A stretch of DNA of 64,000 nt from Octopus sinensis (lineage: Eukaryota), in NCBI RefSeq assembly GCF_006345805.1, contig NC_043012.1, positions 53,816,001 through 53,880,000 of the forward strand, written 5' to 3'. The translations under genes were made by a program, and so were the position numbers. A model generated the notes under the pieces. It saw nothing but the letters and a program-made list of their open reading frames with translations. It ran no database searches and was not told the origin of the DNA. Positions within the stretch are counted from its first letter, which is position 1. Each line of letters starts with the position of its first letter. This document shows, one piece after another, positions 1 to 11,085 of this stretch.

Positions 1-549
1 ATAAAGAACAGGTCAAGCTCTAAGATCTGTATAATCGATTGTACACTTTACGACACCAACTCTCTGGCCTTTTAAGAAATATAAAGGGCGGTGGATCTGG
101 AAAATTGTTGAAACTTTGATTTGGAGAGTAGGGTACTGGGTAAGATTTATTAGGGATGCGTTTTCCCTCAAATTTGAGTCCTTGTGTTTATATTTTTCAA
201 AATATCATTTTCAAGCGGATGGCTATAAGCAAAGAAACCAAGAATGTCAGAGCAGATACCTATTCTGTGGTCTTTCTTTAAAACTTAGGGCAGTGAGAAT
301 TCAACTTCTATAAATGTCGAACCTATTTTTATTTAGAAGTTCATAAAATATGTAGAAGTTGTGTTCTTCGAGGGTGAAAATGGTAAAGTATTCGAAAAAA
401 TGAATATCTCACACAGTTATGTTGCATTACCTTCTAATTTTAAGTCTCAGTATTGCTTTTTCATTTGTCAGGGATCAATAATAGGTTTGCCGGAGTTGAA
501 TTAGCTGGAGATGCTATTTTTCCTGCAAATGTCTGCTCTTATAATGAGG

Positions 550-665
550 CGGTGAATTAGCAGAGTCGTTAGAATAGATGGCGGTATCTTTTCCACCTTT
601 CTACTATCTGAGTTCAAATTCTACTAGGTTCAACGTTATCTTTCATCCTTCTGGAGTGAAGAAAA
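550..665 (+). mobile_element. Degenerate tRNA-headed SINE, working family B (partial)
   Basis: CTGAGTTCAAATTC...CTTTCATCCTT core matches the intact family-B copies at 37719 and 47700. Confidence 0.6.
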
Positions 666-769
666 ACGTACAAACGCAGGGAGAAAGTTTGACGAAACTT
701 TCGGGTAAGATATCTAGCAGTACCTCTTTCGGTTTTTGTATTCCGATAGCAATGCCAGAGACACAGTAC

Positions 770-905
770 CCAAGTTGTATTGGCCAAAGTCGGCTGCTTT
801 GCCTTTCCTTTCGATGACCATCGGTGTTGTAGAGAGGTGATACTCATTTGTATGGGCAGCAGCCAGTCTTCCCCCAAAAAATCTTGCCCGGGTTGCACAA
901 ACATA
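770..905 (+). mobile_element. Old SINE 3' module (tail X), same as the tail of the SINE at 58918-59250
   Basis: CTTTGCCTTTCCTTTCGATGACCATCGGTGTTGTAGAGAGG...CTTGCCCGG aligns by eye to 59085-59185. Confidence 0.45.
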
Positions 906-1189
906 CACAGATGCATTAGGCCAAACTGAGGGACCACAATAAGCCACTTGTACAAACGGCAAAATGTAAGACACATGATTTGCAGTATTTATTTTTATGC
1001 AATTAGTTGTGTGCCTTTACGCTCTTAGTTTAAATCCCAACGAGATTAACTTCCAAGAGTGACGACAAAATGATTTTCTATTTCCCTCTAGGGAAAAACA
1101 CAATCTGATATGGGGTCAGATACAACGAATGATTAAACATAATTATGAGATTAAAAATTTTACAAATATATTAAAAAGTTCGAATGATG

Positions 1190-3110
1190 AGACATACAGG
1201 AGACATTACAAATGGAGTGGGGAGACGGGTTCAACTCGGACCCCACGCGCCCCGCCTCAACACTTATGCCTTGAGTTCGTTCTCCGTTGCATTCATGCGG
1301 TCCTATTGATACGCAACATTCGTGCGACATTCTTCCATCGATTATGAAACATTTTTGCAGACAGGCATTTTCTCTCTAGTCCTATTTTCCTTTTCAGGTG
1401 GAAGGTGAAGAAATTCACCAACCCAGGACCAGAGATGAAAATGCCTGTCATTATCCCTTTCACTCGTGTCTTCTAGATCCCCTCTCTTGCAATTGCTACG
1501 ACAATAAGAAAGAAAATGTTACCTTCTTTCCATAGGAAATCTGGTGGATCAGTTTTTACTATTGACTCAGTCGATAGCTGTACTCTTAATGACAACAGTT
1601 GTACGGCATAAACCCACACATCTGACACCTCCGAACTCTGAACAATAGCGCGCGGGACGGTTTCCCTATCTCGCCGCCCGCATCTCAGACAGGTCGATGG
1701 GTCACGGCCACCGTACCTTGCGAGCTTGTCCCGGACAGGTAAGGCTCCTCGGTAATATTGCCATACCAAGGACTTTTAAAAGCTGTCCAGTGTCTTCGGC
1801 TAGAATGTACATTGGAACAGACTGGCCAGCTGATTATTATCGAGATCCAGGGCTTCCCCCAAGGTATCGTCATATTTCGCCTCTACCAACCCTCTATAGA
1901 AGAATGCGGTAGAACCAATACCACAGGCATTGCCCGAGCGGCGGTAAAGCAGGAGAGCCTTGCGACACTCCGTGAACCATGTACCCAACTTCGATCTACG
2001 TTAGAACCTGGTTTCCCATCCACCGAAACTAGTGAACCTGGGAAACATCCGTTTCGCCAGCGGAGACCACACCCGTTCACCATCCAAATAGAGCCACAGA
2101 TGCCTCAACCTCTCTCCACAACCTGGCTTTCTCGGGATGCCGCTCAGTTTTCGCAGCAAAGGCTCAAGAGCCATCACGTACAAAATCGGAGAGAGCGGAC
2201 ATCCTTGACGTACCGAGCGTTTGATAATGAACGGCTTAGATAAAAAAGCAGTTCAGCTGAACTATCGAATCGATGTTGCGATAAATTTTAATGATCCACC
2301 CGAGGAAGCCAAGACCCAGGCCGAACTGTGCCAGAACGGACACCAGATAATGATAGTCGACCCTATCGGGCTCGTTTTTCAACTTACCTCGTTGGTTCGT
2401 CAAAGATCGAATTGGGCTTCCACCACTCGGGCCCATCCTGCAGCATTGATTCCTGCAACCCACTGCACGAAGCCTAGCCTTGGCAATACAGCCCATGTGT
2501 TGAGCTTCGAGGTGCTGGTTTAACACCAGTCTCTTAGCCGTCATCTGAGCCGCAGAACCAGTTTCCATTGCTTCCTGTAAGTCCTTAGCTAATGCTAATC
2601 CCTTCCTAGTCTCATTAGCCACTAAACCTATGCTATATCTAATAGACTCGAATTTAATGGCTTGCTTGAGGGCATACCACCATTTATTATTAATAATGGT
2701 TAATACCCTCTGAATCAGAAACTTAATCAGGTCTCTGTACTCCTTAATCGCCAAAAGGGACGTATTAAGTTTCCAGTAGGCAGTTCCTCTAGTCTATAGC
2801 TTATCTATGTCGAGCTTACAGGTGACCATTTTATGATAACTGTAGCTGACCGGGTAGAACTGTGGACACCTATATTGTTATCTGCTTTTCTAATTAACAC
2901 CCTGTCTAGGTATGACCTGGAAGATCCGTCGCTGCTTGACCATGTCCACAATGGAGCGTTCGGAAATTCCAACCTATGTGGATCTGCCAGTTCATAGCGG
3001 CTTAGCAGATCCTAGAAGCAAGGATTACATTTCCTATCAGAACGCGAGCCATCATAATCCACACGTGCATCGCAGATTGTGTTGAAGTCTCTTGTCACAA
3101 CTGGAGAATG
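1190..3110 (-). mobile_element. Tx1/L1-clade LINE ORF2 remnant (APE endonuclease, partial RT, zf-RVT), 5'-truncated and internally deleted
   Basis: Minus-strand translations give RDFNTICDAR, WTWSSSDGSSRSYLDRVL and YWKLNTSL (APE end); DRVDYHYLVSVL and [13 protein letters not shown] (RT); WQYYRGALPVRDKL..CLRC..ETV (zf-RVT); C-terminus RWKNVARMLRINRTA with stop at 1293-1295. Several stops and frameshifts. Confidence 0.9.
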
Positions 3111-3724
3111 TGACGTACCGATAATTTATCGTATTTATCGTTTATTGCCACTAGAAATAGACTGTGGCAAGCTTTGGGGTTTTTTTCCGGGGTTGGAGAG
3201 AAGTGATAATTTTGCTGGACTGGAAGAGGGCTGTTGGCGAGGTGAAATATATAGTGACGATGAAATAAAGTACCAATCAAGTATTACGTTTTATATAACT
3301 TACAATTCCTATACCTTCGTTGTACGATCTTGTGCTAAAGTCAGAATATTTTAGGAGCTTAACAATTTCAGTATCGTGTCATAACTAAATTTTTTTGTTG
3401 AATTTACTTATATTTTGAGTTCCGAGTTCAAATCCTGCCAAGGTTAACTTTACCTTTCTTTCCTCAGAGATTGATAAAATATACAGCAGTTAGTAATTGT
3501 GCTCGATCTTAAACGACTACACCCTGCTTCCGTCAAATTTGAGATCTTGTATTTATGTTCGAATATCAATATTTTCAGGGTTTGGCTTTGTGCCAAAATT
3601 TGAAACCAGTATTTTCAAGATATAAAGTCAGTGTTTTCAAGAAGTAAATTAACAATAATCATAGAATTAATATGTATTCACTATTTGGTTTTATGCAGTT
3701 TCGTTTTCTTGTTTAGCATATGTG

Positions 3725-3870
3725 AAGGTAAAGATCATTTCTATAGCTGAGTGAAATGGAGCGACTTGAAATGAAGTGACTTGCTCTAGAACACAACACA
3801 CAATCCGGTCCAGGAATCGAACTCAGTACCTCATGATTGTAAGCCCGACGCTCTAACCACTGAGTCATGT
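3725..3870 (-). mobile_element. tRNA-derived SINE head plus start of CORE-like module
   Basis: Reverse complement has A box TGACTCAGTGG and B box AGTTCGATTCC, followed by GTGTTGTGTTCTAGAGCAAGTCACTTC. Confidence 0.7.
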
Positions 3871-4039
3871 GTAGATTTGTTAAAATGAATCACTACACTT
3901 TATTGTATCCATCTCCAACAAATCTTTGTTTTTGTCCCAGATCAACCCAGCAGCGACACATACTTGTTTAGGTTATAACGTATATAGGGCTACATTATCT
4001 TGGGTGTACATGCCTTATTCCTGTTTATATAAAGTGCTA

Positions 4040-4190
4040 GGGTGTCATTTGAAGAAAAGTTAGCAGAGTTGTTAGCACATCAAATAGAACGCCTCTAAAT
4101 ATGTGCTTCGGCTATCTGCATTCTGGATTCATATTCCTTGAAGGACAAATTTACCTTTCATTCTTTTGAGGTAGATAAAGTACCAGTCCA
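4040..4190 (+). mobile_element. Highly diverged family-B SINE
   Basis: TTAGCAGAGTTGTTAGCAC...TTTACCTTTCATTCTTTTGAGGTAGATAAAGTACCAG resembles the family-B head and core. Confidence 0.5.
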
Positions 4191-4249
4191 CAGCGGACAT
4201 AAAATGGCTGAATTCAGAGTCCCGGACAAGACACCCTGCGGTATCTTTT

Positions 4250-5350
4250 CCGATTCTCTCTGTTCTGGCGGTGGCCATTACTATAACAACATTGGTTCTT
4301 TTTTGTCCCATGAAAGAGCATCAGGTTCGTTTAGCTTGCACCCGATTGTGCATCTTTAACGATGCATTCACATCCTTTAGATGTAGAGACTTCTACATCA
4401 ATGCATAGCTTCTTTTCCCTGCCCCATACGACATTATCAGATCAATTGCCATTTACCAGATCGATATTTTTAGTGAAGAGTTACACTAGAACATTTTATG
4501 CATAAATTTGTATACAAGTATGCATAGGTTCTGACTTTGGTTTTCTCATATGGCCATCGGGCTAATCCATTCCTCGGTAGCATTTGAAATAGTTTTTACT
4601 AATAATTTCATTTCTCTGGGAGGATAGTATTTTGCAGGCATCTTTGTGGTATTTGCTGATGATGCGTGTAATATCTTATTCTTTTATTGATCAGATATTT
4701 AGCAGCTATTTTCTGTTCTTCAACAGCAAAGGCTCATCTTTGTGAAAGGGTTGTGATGTATCTGTCACCACTCCAAAGGGCTATATCTTTTCTCTCAATA
4801 TTGTTCGTATCCTCTAGCATAAGGAATTGTACCCATACATAACATTTTACGAACTTTATGAATATTTTTTTCACGTTCATGTCTCAGTACGTTAATCCTG
4901 TTCTCCTCCGAGTGATTTTCCATTAATTTTGCCGCAACGAACAACAGTTTCGTTGATGCTCTGAGTTTATGGCTAGACTGTTATACAGAATTTCCTCTAA
5001 TTCATTTAACTATACCACATTACGATAGTTCTACTTGTTTACACTCCTTCTCGGCTCCACCACCACCACCTAAATAACTTTGGCTCATGTTGCCAGAGAG
5101 CATCATTTTCAAAGTGACCTGACGCTTTATTCTTCTATAAACAGTTCGTAGGTTTCATTCAAACTTGTGGTTGATATTCCTAAGTTCCCGCAAATTCTTA
5201 AGATTTCATCCTTTTCACTTACTTGGGCATCCTGTTTTAAAGAAAATATCTTATCTTCGAGTTTTCCCTCATTGGCAGTTCTCTCTAACAAAAGCCGTTG
5301 TTGATTGTTCGTGAAATCAATTTTCCACTGGTTTTCCTGAAACTGCCCTG
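4250..5350 (-). mobile_element. R4/Dong-like RLE non-LTR retrotransposon, 3' remnant
   Basis: Minus frames give AFAVEEQKIAAKYLINKR (4733-4681), DITRIISK..KMPAKYYP (zinc-knuckle region) and DNVVWGREKKLCIDVEVST (PD..E restriction-like endonuclease); many stops. Confidence 0.6.
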
Positions 5351-6619
5351 GTTTTGTTCATTTATTTATTTATTTATTTATTTTATTCAACAAGGTAATT
5401 CATTCTGTCTATCATTTCAATCGATCTCTTTTACTCCCATTTATTGGTGAATGTAATTACAACACAATACAGTAAGACTTTCACTATCCAAAAGTTCAGC
5501 CTTTCAATATGTGTTTGGTGATCTTTAACAATTTGATCGACCATGAATAACAATGAAGTCAGGAAACTTTCTATCGACTCAAATCATAATCATTTTTTTT
5601 TTTCAGTTAGTGGTTTGTTGATGTAAACATTTCGTTTTAAATCCTTCTGCGAGCTGTTTTCATTTGTTAGTATTCCTCACTCTTTTCTGTTTGTTTGTAT
5701 TCGTCTCCGTGTAATGGCGGATATTCTATCTTTGTGTTGTTGTTACCAGTTTTGTTTTGGTCGTTGTTCAAGTTTTTGGCATTTCTCTCCAGAGCAGAAT
5801 CTACCCGCCTGTTCATTCTGTTATTTACAGCAGATTCATATTGGCTGATTTTACTAGGTAAATTAGCATATTTCTTCTCAGTGAACGTAACGTGCTAACA
5901 CAGTTACTTCACACTGAAATATGAGTAACTGAGATAAGTTACCTCTAAGTAGCTCTTCGCCAAAGTTTTCTAACCGATTGAAGGATATTCCTTTATATTT
6001 GTTTTTCTCTTTTAGAATTTGTACAGATATGATACAATTCAAAAGTCCACTGGAATTTCTCTATAGATCCGCACCATGCGATTGCTGATTCTTGTTTTCT
6101 TCGTTCCCGTAGCCCATGTTCTTGTAATTTAGATGCTATGCTTATTCACTGATATAATTTTACCACTTCATTACGATTGCGATCTTCTCTAAAACGGGTT
6201 TGCTTACATTTAAACTAAGAATACATTTTGTTTTTGTTTCATTAGATTTGTATTAGTGGTAAAGTGTTAGGGGATAGAATTCAATACACGAAAGAATAAT
6301 AGCCCTCTATGTCTATGTATCAGACTCTGTGTGTGTGTATACGTAACTCCTAAATGTGTTGAGTGCCTTTTTCTTTCGTTGTTTTCATTCACACTTATAT
6401 GTATGTATGTTTATATATATATATTGTGTATATTGACTGCTGTTTTAAATTTTATTTTGACAGGTCACTTGTTCTGTGGCAGAAATTGTAATTAAATTTT
6501 AATATCTTGCAAATTTTCTGACGTGCCCCAGATACGATCATCAGTAATGTATGAGTTTTAGAAAAAAGTATTTTCCCAACAATCTAAGTTTAATAATATC
6601 TTGATACCGGTAGCTTGGT

Positions 6620-6880
6620 ACATATACCGTGATTCTATAACTAACGCACACATAACTGAAAGTGTATTTTAGGCACTGGATGATCAGACTCTTATATGTC
6701 TCTTCATAACGATGCCACGTGCATAGCTGAGTATATGTTGATTTTGTGCTTCGAACAACTCTTTGAAGTTTGACTTTTTATTATTTGGATGTTGTTTATA
6801 GTATTTTGTGTCCATGTATATTCTTTTCAGCCATCAGTCTTAATGTGTTTGTCTTTATTTGTTTTGTTTTCTTTCATAAT
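6620..6880 (-). mobile_element. Possible second R4-like LINE remnant
   Basis: Minus-strand fragments KNIHG and ELFEAQNQHI resemble the HGQ..AQEQ region; very degraded. Confidence 0.3.
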
Positions 6881-6933
6881 TTCTTCCTGATTACTCTAGC
6901 TCATCATGCTCCATGGGAATGTAGTAGCTAGAG

Positions 6934-7156
6934 CAGTGATTCTAAACCATTTTACTAATGGACCCCTTTGATTTGTATTTAACTCGGATGGACCTTCATA
7001 ACCATTCAATTACACCCTATTACACTTTTGTAATTAAATATTATTAATTATTTGTAAGAATTGTTAAAAATACTGTGTATTGTAAAAGTATAACCAGTTT
7101 ATTGGACGCAAATTTGAGCAACAAAATCTTGTATGGACCCCGGTTGAGAGCCACTG
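6934..7156. mobile_element. hAT (Charlie-type) MITE, 223 bp
   Basis: 15-bp TIRs CAGTGATTCTAAACC and GGTTGAGAGCCACTG; 8-bp flanks AGCTAGAG and ATCTAGAC (6/8 match, Charlie-type NTCTAGAN preference). Confidence 0.85.
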
Positions 7157-7370
7157 ATCTAGACGATACACTCACAGTTGCCATGATATAACTAAAGTCT
7201 TCTATTTTGTGTTGCATATCCTCCGTTTGTCCTCGTCTAATGGTTTTTATGTAAAATGTACTTGGAGGCAAATTTTGACTACTTATACATCGAGGTAACA
7301 TTTCAAATTAGATGTTATAAATTTGTCGATACTCCATAGTTTTTTAGTGAGATATACTGATTTTGTGCTT

Positions 7371-7625
7371 CATGACGTAGTGGTTAAGAGCGCGGGCTAC
7401 TAACCCCAAGATTCCGAGTTCGATTCCAGGCACTGAATAATAATAATAATAACAACAACAACATCGAAAGATACATTAGAAATGAGAACCCAGGTTCGAA
7501 ATTTCCCCAAGACACCTGATGAAGGCTGGAGGATATATCAGCCGAAAGGTTGTGTTAACAAACAAGATGAGGACAAATATCCGTCTATTGTAAAAAAAAA
7601 AAATGTAAATAATTTTAATTCAAAA
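7371..7625 (+). mobile_element. tRNA-headed SINE with (AAT)n(AAC)n linker and Penelope-like 3' module
   Basis: A box TGACGTAGTGG (7373-7383), B box GAGTTCGATTCC (7416-7427), then ...GACACCTGATGAAGGCTG..CAGCCGAAA.. and an A-rich end. Confidence 0.8.
7511..7556 (+). ncRNA. Minimal type I hammerhead ribozyme-like motif (this copy probably inactive)
   Basis: Helix I GACAC/GTGTT; CTGATGA core at 7516-7522; extra A at 7523; helix II GGCTG/CAGCC; GAAA at 7544-7547; helix III position 7548 is G where C is expected. Confidence 0.6.
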
Positions 7626-8167
7626 TTTTATTTCATACTTGTACATATTCAATGCCTCGACCAACCTCGACCAAATATAATCTCTGTACATTTCAGCTGA
7701 TGATGAAACATCCAGTAATATTGAGCAGTTTGCGTTTTTATACGCTCATCCAGCTCTCAATTTGTAGTGACCAACTCAGAAGGCATAATGTAACTTTTCA
7801 GAATAAGGATTACAGAGGTATTGTCAGAGTTACGCTTGTTGTAGTCAGAGAGTTCTGTTCAAAAATAAAACCTCGAAGTATTCGTTTCTTTTTCTTATCT
7901 CCTAATTAATGGATCTGCCATAAGTGACATTATCTACCTCTCAAGTGGCTTGTAATCCTCTCTCGAATGTAAGAGCTGTATTGCCGGGACATTCATATTT
8001 AGTTCTGTAGAGTAAAGCGCCAGTTTTCCTCGTCTTACCACACCATAGGGCACCAAATTTTATTCCTTCTGTTATGTCGCAATACAACACAGTGGCTGTG
8101 TGAACTACGAAATCCTCGTCGCCACTGTTATGTCGCACGTTCGGATGCCTCTACTACTCTGCTCTAG

Positions 8168-8644
8168 TCTCTCAGCTGTGCTGATTCTTTATTTTGGCAC
8201 TCAGGACACTAACACAGAGGGGACACTACAAGGAGAGACACAACTCCACAGTGGGGACAATAAGCATAAAACGAATGAGTATGAATTATATAATAATGAA
8301 GGATGAATGGCTGCATGTGCCCCACTCCTCACACAGTCTTGTCACTATATCTGTTGATCTTTTTTCTTTCCTTAATTATCGTTTTAGTTTTCGTTCTCTC
8401 AAACACTTTTTCCTTTCTTTTTTTCCTGTTTTTCCTTTTTAACGCCTCATATACGGCTCCAGCTCCAACAGATCGATTTCCGGTGGCAGCTCATTGAACT
8501 CCACCAACGCTCCGGCTGGATCAAATCTACTCCCGCACATGTCTCTAAGTTTCTTATAGGTTTCCCTATCGGCCACAATGGCCTTCACACTCTCTGGGTA
8601 CACGTCGTTCGGTAACTTTACCCCTATGATCTCTCAGCTGTGCT
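8168..8644 (-). mobile_element. Retro-inserted cassette flanked by a 15-bp direct repeat, possibly a LINE ORF1/3' UTR derivative
   Basis: TCTCTCAGCTGTGCT at 8168-8182 and 8630-8644; 64-codon open frame at 8633-8442; AATAAA at the minus-strand 3' end (8188-8193). Confidence 0.4.
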
Positions 8645-8954
8645 ACTGACGTCTAGGCTTCTCCCTCTATATCTATGTATTGGGCTAGCCTACTTCGTCG
8701 TCTGGGGGCATCCACACAACATCTTCCCTTGTTCGATGAACATTGAGTAATGAGATTAATAAGTTTTTTGATATCATTACAGCATGGCATTGTATAGCTT
8801 CAGGTTGTCCACAAAGGAAACTCGAGAGATGTCTATTTCTAAAACCACTGTACTTTTCGATCAGATATAATAGTTGTGACAGGAGCACAATGAGTAACAC
8901 TAACGAGCTATAACTTTTCAGAATACCTTTTTGATATGTTTTTGTTTTTTATTT

Positions 8955-9205
8955 ATGCGCCCTTTTCAAGCCTAGCCTGACTCATGGGCCTGGTTTTCCG
9001 GTTTCTATGGCGCATGTGTTACCCCCAGCTGGACGGGACGCCAGTCCATCGCAGCGTTACTCAAGAAACAACAAAAGAGAGTGAGAGAAAGTTGGGGTGA
9101 AAGAGTGCAATAGGGGTCGCCACCATCCCCTGCCGGAGCCTCATGGAGCTTTTAGGTATTTTCGCTCAAGAAACACGCACACAACGCCCTAACCACTGGG
9201 CCATT
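8955..9205 (-). mobile_element. SINE family C1 with internally deleted head
   Basis: Shares CAGCTGGACGGGACGCCAGTCCATCGCAGCGTTACTCAAG and GAGTGAGAGAAAGTTG with 13165 and 45003. Confidence 0.85.
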
Positions 9206-9265
9206 ACGCTTCCGCTTTTGATATGTTACAGATTCGATATTTTTTCTTTGTATTGTCATTACCTT

Positions 9266-9296
<31 letters not shown>

Positions 9297-10782
9297 AGGT
9301 ATACCATCACTTCGTTAAATATTGAATTATAGCTATCAATGAATGCAGAATTTTCTCTAATTGTATCGTTTCAATAATCCAGCCATATACTATACCATCA
9401 AAGAGTTTCTTGCGCTTCAGTCTGGCAGTTCCGTCATGCTACAGCCCAGTATTCCAGCGGTCCTTTCCTGCTTCTTCTGGCATGAATTTGTTGATTACAA
9501 GCTGTTCTGTATAGCCACATATGTTTTTATTTCATATCCCTCTATAGCTTGCTCAGATGTTTCACTATTCTTGATAGCACGATGGTTTTCTTGGAAACGA
9601 TTGAGGCATGGGGACAGAGAAATGATCCAAGATGTTCTGACAGGCTACTTCATGGTTTGATTACTTTCAGGGAATGAGACTTATGGCAGTTCATAGCTAT
9701 CTGGGCTCATCCAATGTACCTTCGAAGTCCTTTCCAAAAAGCGTTATCAAATAGAGGTAAAAGATGACATTCTCTCTATATAGGTATATATGTGTGTGCA
9801 GGTATGTCATCTAGGGGCTTGTGTATTCGACTCTTGATCATTTAGTGTTACTTCAGTCTACTCGGTTGTAATAAGTACCAACCGAGTTCTGGTTCACTCA
9901 CCTCTCCTTCTGGATGCTCAGCCGGGTCAAGGATTCAGTGAGTGAAAATTTGCTCATTACATAATCACCTAAAGCAATTTGCTAAAACATTGTAAATTTA
10001 TAAGGTCATTGTGAATGATGGTTATGTGTGTATGTATTCCTGCTTGTCTATAACTACGTATACATATGCGTATTTGAGCTGCACTTATCTAACAAACAAC
10101 ATACGCTGATCGTGTATGAATCTTCTATGAATCAATATGTACAAAAATACCATGCACATAATCGTATAGTGTGCACGGATGTATTGTGTGTGTGTGTCCT
10201 CTTCTGGCGAGTGGAACTCATAAGCGTTTGTTGTGATGTAAATCCAGTTAAAAATTGGAAAAGTCCGATTTCAAACCTCCGGAGGAAAGATTTTGGGAGT
10301 AAATGAAAAAAAAAATAAATAACAGAATCTTGATTGTCACAATTCTGTTGCTTTTGTTCATTTCTTTGTATTATTTAGCTTTGTTTCTTTGATCGTTTCT
10401 TTACTTGGATAAAGTTTTGCAATGTGTTTGTGACTAACATACTTCGTGACCAAATTAATAGCACGCCATAGTTGTCTCCTACTGTCATCGGACAACGTGT
10501 GCAACGACAGTGCTGACATGCTATAATAGAACCTGCTGTTCCTTTCAACATCGTGCGTGTGGAAAGGGGAGACATGCCACATTGATAAATGCTTGCATTC
10601 CAAACATTCTTGACCAGGACTACAACCTGGAGAGGATAATCTGGCGCTTATATGCTACGGTGAACTAGGGTTTGATCAATTCGTAGCTAGACAAATTCAT
10701 CACCAGACCAGAACACATCCTAGCCTGTTTCGAAACTCGAATGCGACCAGCTTGTTACATGGTTCTTAAACAAGGTCTTCTT

Positions 10783-11085
10783 CTTCTTAATCATTTTTGC
10801 CCCTTGTGGAGTATAGGGCCGGTATCCTGGTTTCCTTGGCGTATAGATTCCCCACCTGGACGGGACGCTGGTCCGTTGCAGGTGAGCTGCAAGATGCAGG
10901 AGGAAAGAGTGAGAGAAAGTTGTGGCGAAAGAGTCAGCAGAAGTTCGCCATTACCTTCTGCCGGAGCCATGTGGAGCTTAAGTGTTTCGCTCATAAACAC
11001 ACACATCGCCCGGTCTGAGATTCGTGCCCGCGATCCCTCGACAGCGAATCTGCTGCTCTAACCACTAGGCCATGTGCCTCCACCT
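10783..11085 (-). mobile_element. SINE family C2, full length
   Basis: tRNA-like head with A and B boxes on the minus strand; collinear with 28790-29065 and 39813-40116. Confidence 0.9.

Noticed and set aside
614-976. Two overlapping minus-strand ORFs with a possible AG..GT exon and an ADFG motif
   Set aside because: The region is the antisense of SINE tail X plus a family-B fragment, and the peptide resembles no family I recognise.
1758-2523. Plus-strand ORFs of 161 and 100 aa
   Set aside because: They are antisense shadows of the Tx1 ORF2 remnant.
7371-7435. Possible tRNA gene (and other tRNA-like heads)
   Set aside because: A and B boxes are present, but the acceptor and anticodon stems do not close and each head continues into a SINE body.
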